Assembly (NCBI GenBank): GCA_028718865.1
Contig: JAQUKX010000001.1
Location: 64,067 to 128,066, forward strand
DNA from: Patescibacteria group bacterium
GTDB taxonomy: Bacteria; Patescibacteriota; Patescibacteriia; UBA1558; GWA2-36-10
DNA: 64,000 nt
Direction: 5' to 3'
How positions within the stretch are numbered: position 1 is the stretch's first letter; each line of letters starts with the position of its first letter. Under the pieces are notes generated by a model. That model searched no databases, was not told the DNA's origin, and saw nothing but the letters and a program-made list of their open reading frames with translations. This document shows, piece after piece, positions 62,094-64,000 of the stretch. Both the position numbers and the translations under genes were made by a program.

Positions 62094-62966
62094 TTATTTT
62101 AAGCCAAAAAGATTTATGGCATTTTGACTGCTAATGCTAATTATTTCATCCACTGAACTGCCTCTGATTTGAGCGATTTTTTCCGCCACATACTTAACAT
62201 ATATCGGCTCATTGCGCTTGCTTCTATAAGGCTCGGGAGTCAAATAAGGAGCATCAGTTTCTATCAAAAACCTGTTCTCGGGTATCCATTTGGCAATATC
62301 CCACAAAATATTGTGGCTACTAACATCCTTCGCCAGAGGCTTCGGATGTTGACCCCCCGAAATTTTACGTGAAGAGGGGTCAAAAGTAATAATACCCGTA
62401 AAGCCCAGATAAAAGCCCAAATCCACAAACTGCTTGGCTTCTTCTAAAGATCCGCCAAAGCAATGAACAACTCCTCTATCTACTCCCTCTTCCTTTAAAA
62501 CACTATAAATACCCTGATAAGCTTGCGGGTCATTTTTGCCATTGCGACCATGAATTATCAAAGGTAAATTATTGGCTTTGGCCAGCTTGATGTGCTGACG
62601 AAATACTTTTTCCTGCTTTTTTTTAATTTCTTCAATTGACTGCGCTCCTTTGGCTAGTGATTCCTGCAAATGCCAATAGTCAAAACCGGTTTCACCAATA
62701 GCAACAATATTTTCTTTGGCGCTATAAATCAAATCTTGATAATCCTCGGCCTTAAATTCCTCATCATAGACATGAATGGGATGCAGGCCAATGGCAGCAT
62801 AAAAACTGCTCTCCGCCAGTGCCAAATTGACAGCCTTGCGGCTGGTATCATAAGCCGCTCCGACATTAATTACTTTCATCGGCTCCTGCCGGCAACGCTC
62901 AATCACCGCCAACAAATCATCTTTGTAGGCTTTGAAATTCAAATGCGCGTGAGTGTCTATCAACAT
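62094..62966 (-). CDS. tatD: TatD family hydrolase with in-frame insertion
   Basis: IDTHAHL, GLHP, AIGETGFDY, HCF, ETDAPYL, RNEP. Confidence 0.96.
   Translation of the reverse strand: MLIDTHAHLNFKAYKDDLLAVIERCRQEPMKVINVGAAYDTSRKAVNLALAESSFYAAIGLHPIHVYDEEFKAEDYQDLIYSAKENIVAIGETGFDYWHLQESLAKGAQSIEEIKKKQEKVFRQHIKLAKANNLPLIIHGRNGKNDPQAYQGIYSVLKEEGVDRGVVHCFGGSLEEAKQFVDLGFYLGFTGIITFDPSSRKISGGQHPKPLAKDVSSHNILWDIAKWIPENRFLIETDAPYLTPEPYRSKRNEPIYVKYVAEKIAQIRGSSVDEIISISSQNAINLFGLK
62301..62383. repeat. Tandem palindromes inside the tatD coding sequence
   Basis: CCACAA/TTGTGG, AACATCC/GGATGTT, TTGACCCC/GGGGTCAA. Confidence 0.65.
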
Positions 62967-62968
62967 AA

Positions 62969-63475
62969 TTATAAAATTGATTGCAGGCTCTTTATGGCTT
63001 CGGGAATAAATGGCCTAACGATAATAGCCACATGCACGGCCCAATTGGCCATCTGGGAATTAACAATCGCTTCAGAAATCGTATCGCTAATAGGCAATAA
63101 AGACATCAGATAAACCAAAGCCGCAATAGCCACTACTCCGCCTATCAAGCCAATGACTGCTCCCATTAGTTTATTAAATAAATCTATAAAAGGAATGATA
63201 TGAAAAACCCGATTGATAACCGAGACAATAATACCCACGGCAATATTGACTGCCATAAAAATACCGATAAAGGCCAAAATATTGGCCAAGGCTGGATTGT
63301 CAAAGTTAGCCACATCCATTAGCCACTCGCCAATAGGCTGCATATAATGACTGCCGGCCCAAATGCCGAAAATAATGCCAAAAAATCCGCCGATAGCCCC
63401 GACTAGTCCGGTGCGGAAGCCTTTCCATGTAAAAAAGAATAAAATTACTATAAGCGCAATGTCGTACCAATTCAT
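62969..63475 (-). CDS. CvpA family membrane protein
   Basis: MNWYDIALIV...WKGFRTGLV...NKLMGAVIG. Confidence 0.88.
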   Translation of the reverse strand: MNWYDIALIVILFFFTWKGFRTGLVGAIGGFFGIIFGIWAGSHYMQPIGEWLMDVANFDNPALANILAFIGIFMAVNIAVGIIVSVINRVFHIIPFIDLFNKLMGAVIGLIGGVVAIAALVYLMSLLPISDTISEAIVNSQMANWAVHVAIIVRPFIPEAIKSLQSIL

Positions 63476-63490
63476 ATTTGTTTTTATATT

Positions 63491-64000
63491 TTAATCTGAT
63501 AAATCCAAGCGGGGGAAAATAGGTTCAGTTGGTTTTTTAATTTTGTCAGCAGTCAAAATAGCTATAATCTGAGCGGATTTTTCTGGCATAAAAGGCTTCA
63601 ATCCTGTCGCTATATTATACAAGTCAAAGACCAATTCTTTCAATAGTTCTTCTAACTTGCCTTTGTTTTTTTCGTCTTTAGCCAGTAGCCAAGGCTTTTC
63701 CTGATCAATTAGAGTATTGCTGTTTTGAATTACCTGCCAAATAGTGAGTAGAGCCTCCCGAAATCTCAGTTGACGAATTTCTTCTTGAGCTAACTTCTTA
63801 TCTACAAATTGCAAATCAATTTTGCCGTCCAGATATTTTTCTACCATATTGGTCACCCGATTGAGCAGATTACCCAAGCCATTGACCAAATCCGCATTAT
63901 ATTTTTCGGCAAAATTTTCTATTTTTATATCAGACTCGGCGCCAAAAGAAAACTGCGACAGGATAAGATATTTACTGACTTCCGCGCCATATTTCTCCGC
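63491..64000 (-). CDS. metG: Methionine--tRNA ligase, 3' part (short form)
   Basis: KYGAEVSKYLILSQFSFG...YNADLVNGLGNLLNRV...KPW...LKPFMP...PIFPRL; runs off window end. Confidence 0.93.
   Translation of the reverse strand, partial: AEKYGAEVSKYLILSQFSFGAESDIKIENFAEKYNADLVNGLGNLLNRVTNMVEKYLDGKIDLQFVDKKLAQEEIRQLRFREALLTIWQVIQNSNTLIDQEKPWLLAKDEKNKGKLEELLKELVFDLYNIATGLKPFMPEKSAQIIAILTADKIKKPTEPIFPRLDLSD

Overview
Core-genome stretch of a small-genome bacterium, most consistent with Patescibacteria/CPR (Parcubacteria-like). That placement is inferred from AT-rich leaders without Shine-Dalgarno sites, split comEC, giant pilin-fusion surface proteins and a UvrD-nuclease fusion. Almost all genes are on the minus strand. 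They include the S10 and str ribosomal clusters (rplB/W/D/C, rpsJ, tuf, fusA, rpsG, rpsL), rpmB, ndk, comEC, prfB, an HtrA protease, nrdR-ftsZ-ftsA, ybeY, rpsU, hisS, lepB, LCP-der-pth, rplA/K-nusG-secE, gyrB, pheST, a helicase-nuclease, rmuC, tatD and the 3' end of metG. The most notable features are: (1) a compact cobalamin riboswitch with a complete kissing-loop/terminator platform, controlling a secreted transcobalamin-like protein (alpha/alpha barrel + DUF4430) and a membrane-anchored partner; (2) rpsU is the only ribosomal-protein gene here with a strong (9-nt) Shine-Dalgarno, recalling bS21 autoregulation in Bacteroidota; (3) a 12-kb surface-appendage cluster with a 2809-aa VirB2-like pilin-fusion adhesin; (4) an AT-rich two-gene islet flanked by a duplicated pepA 3' end, next to a pepA missing its catalytic core; (5) several unannotated structured RNAs, including a stand-alone ~250-nt transcript, twin L1-operator-like motifs and an rpsJ-rplC attenuator. 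No tRNA, rRNA, CRISPR array or transposase was recognised. All family calls come from motif recognition by eye; no database searches were run.
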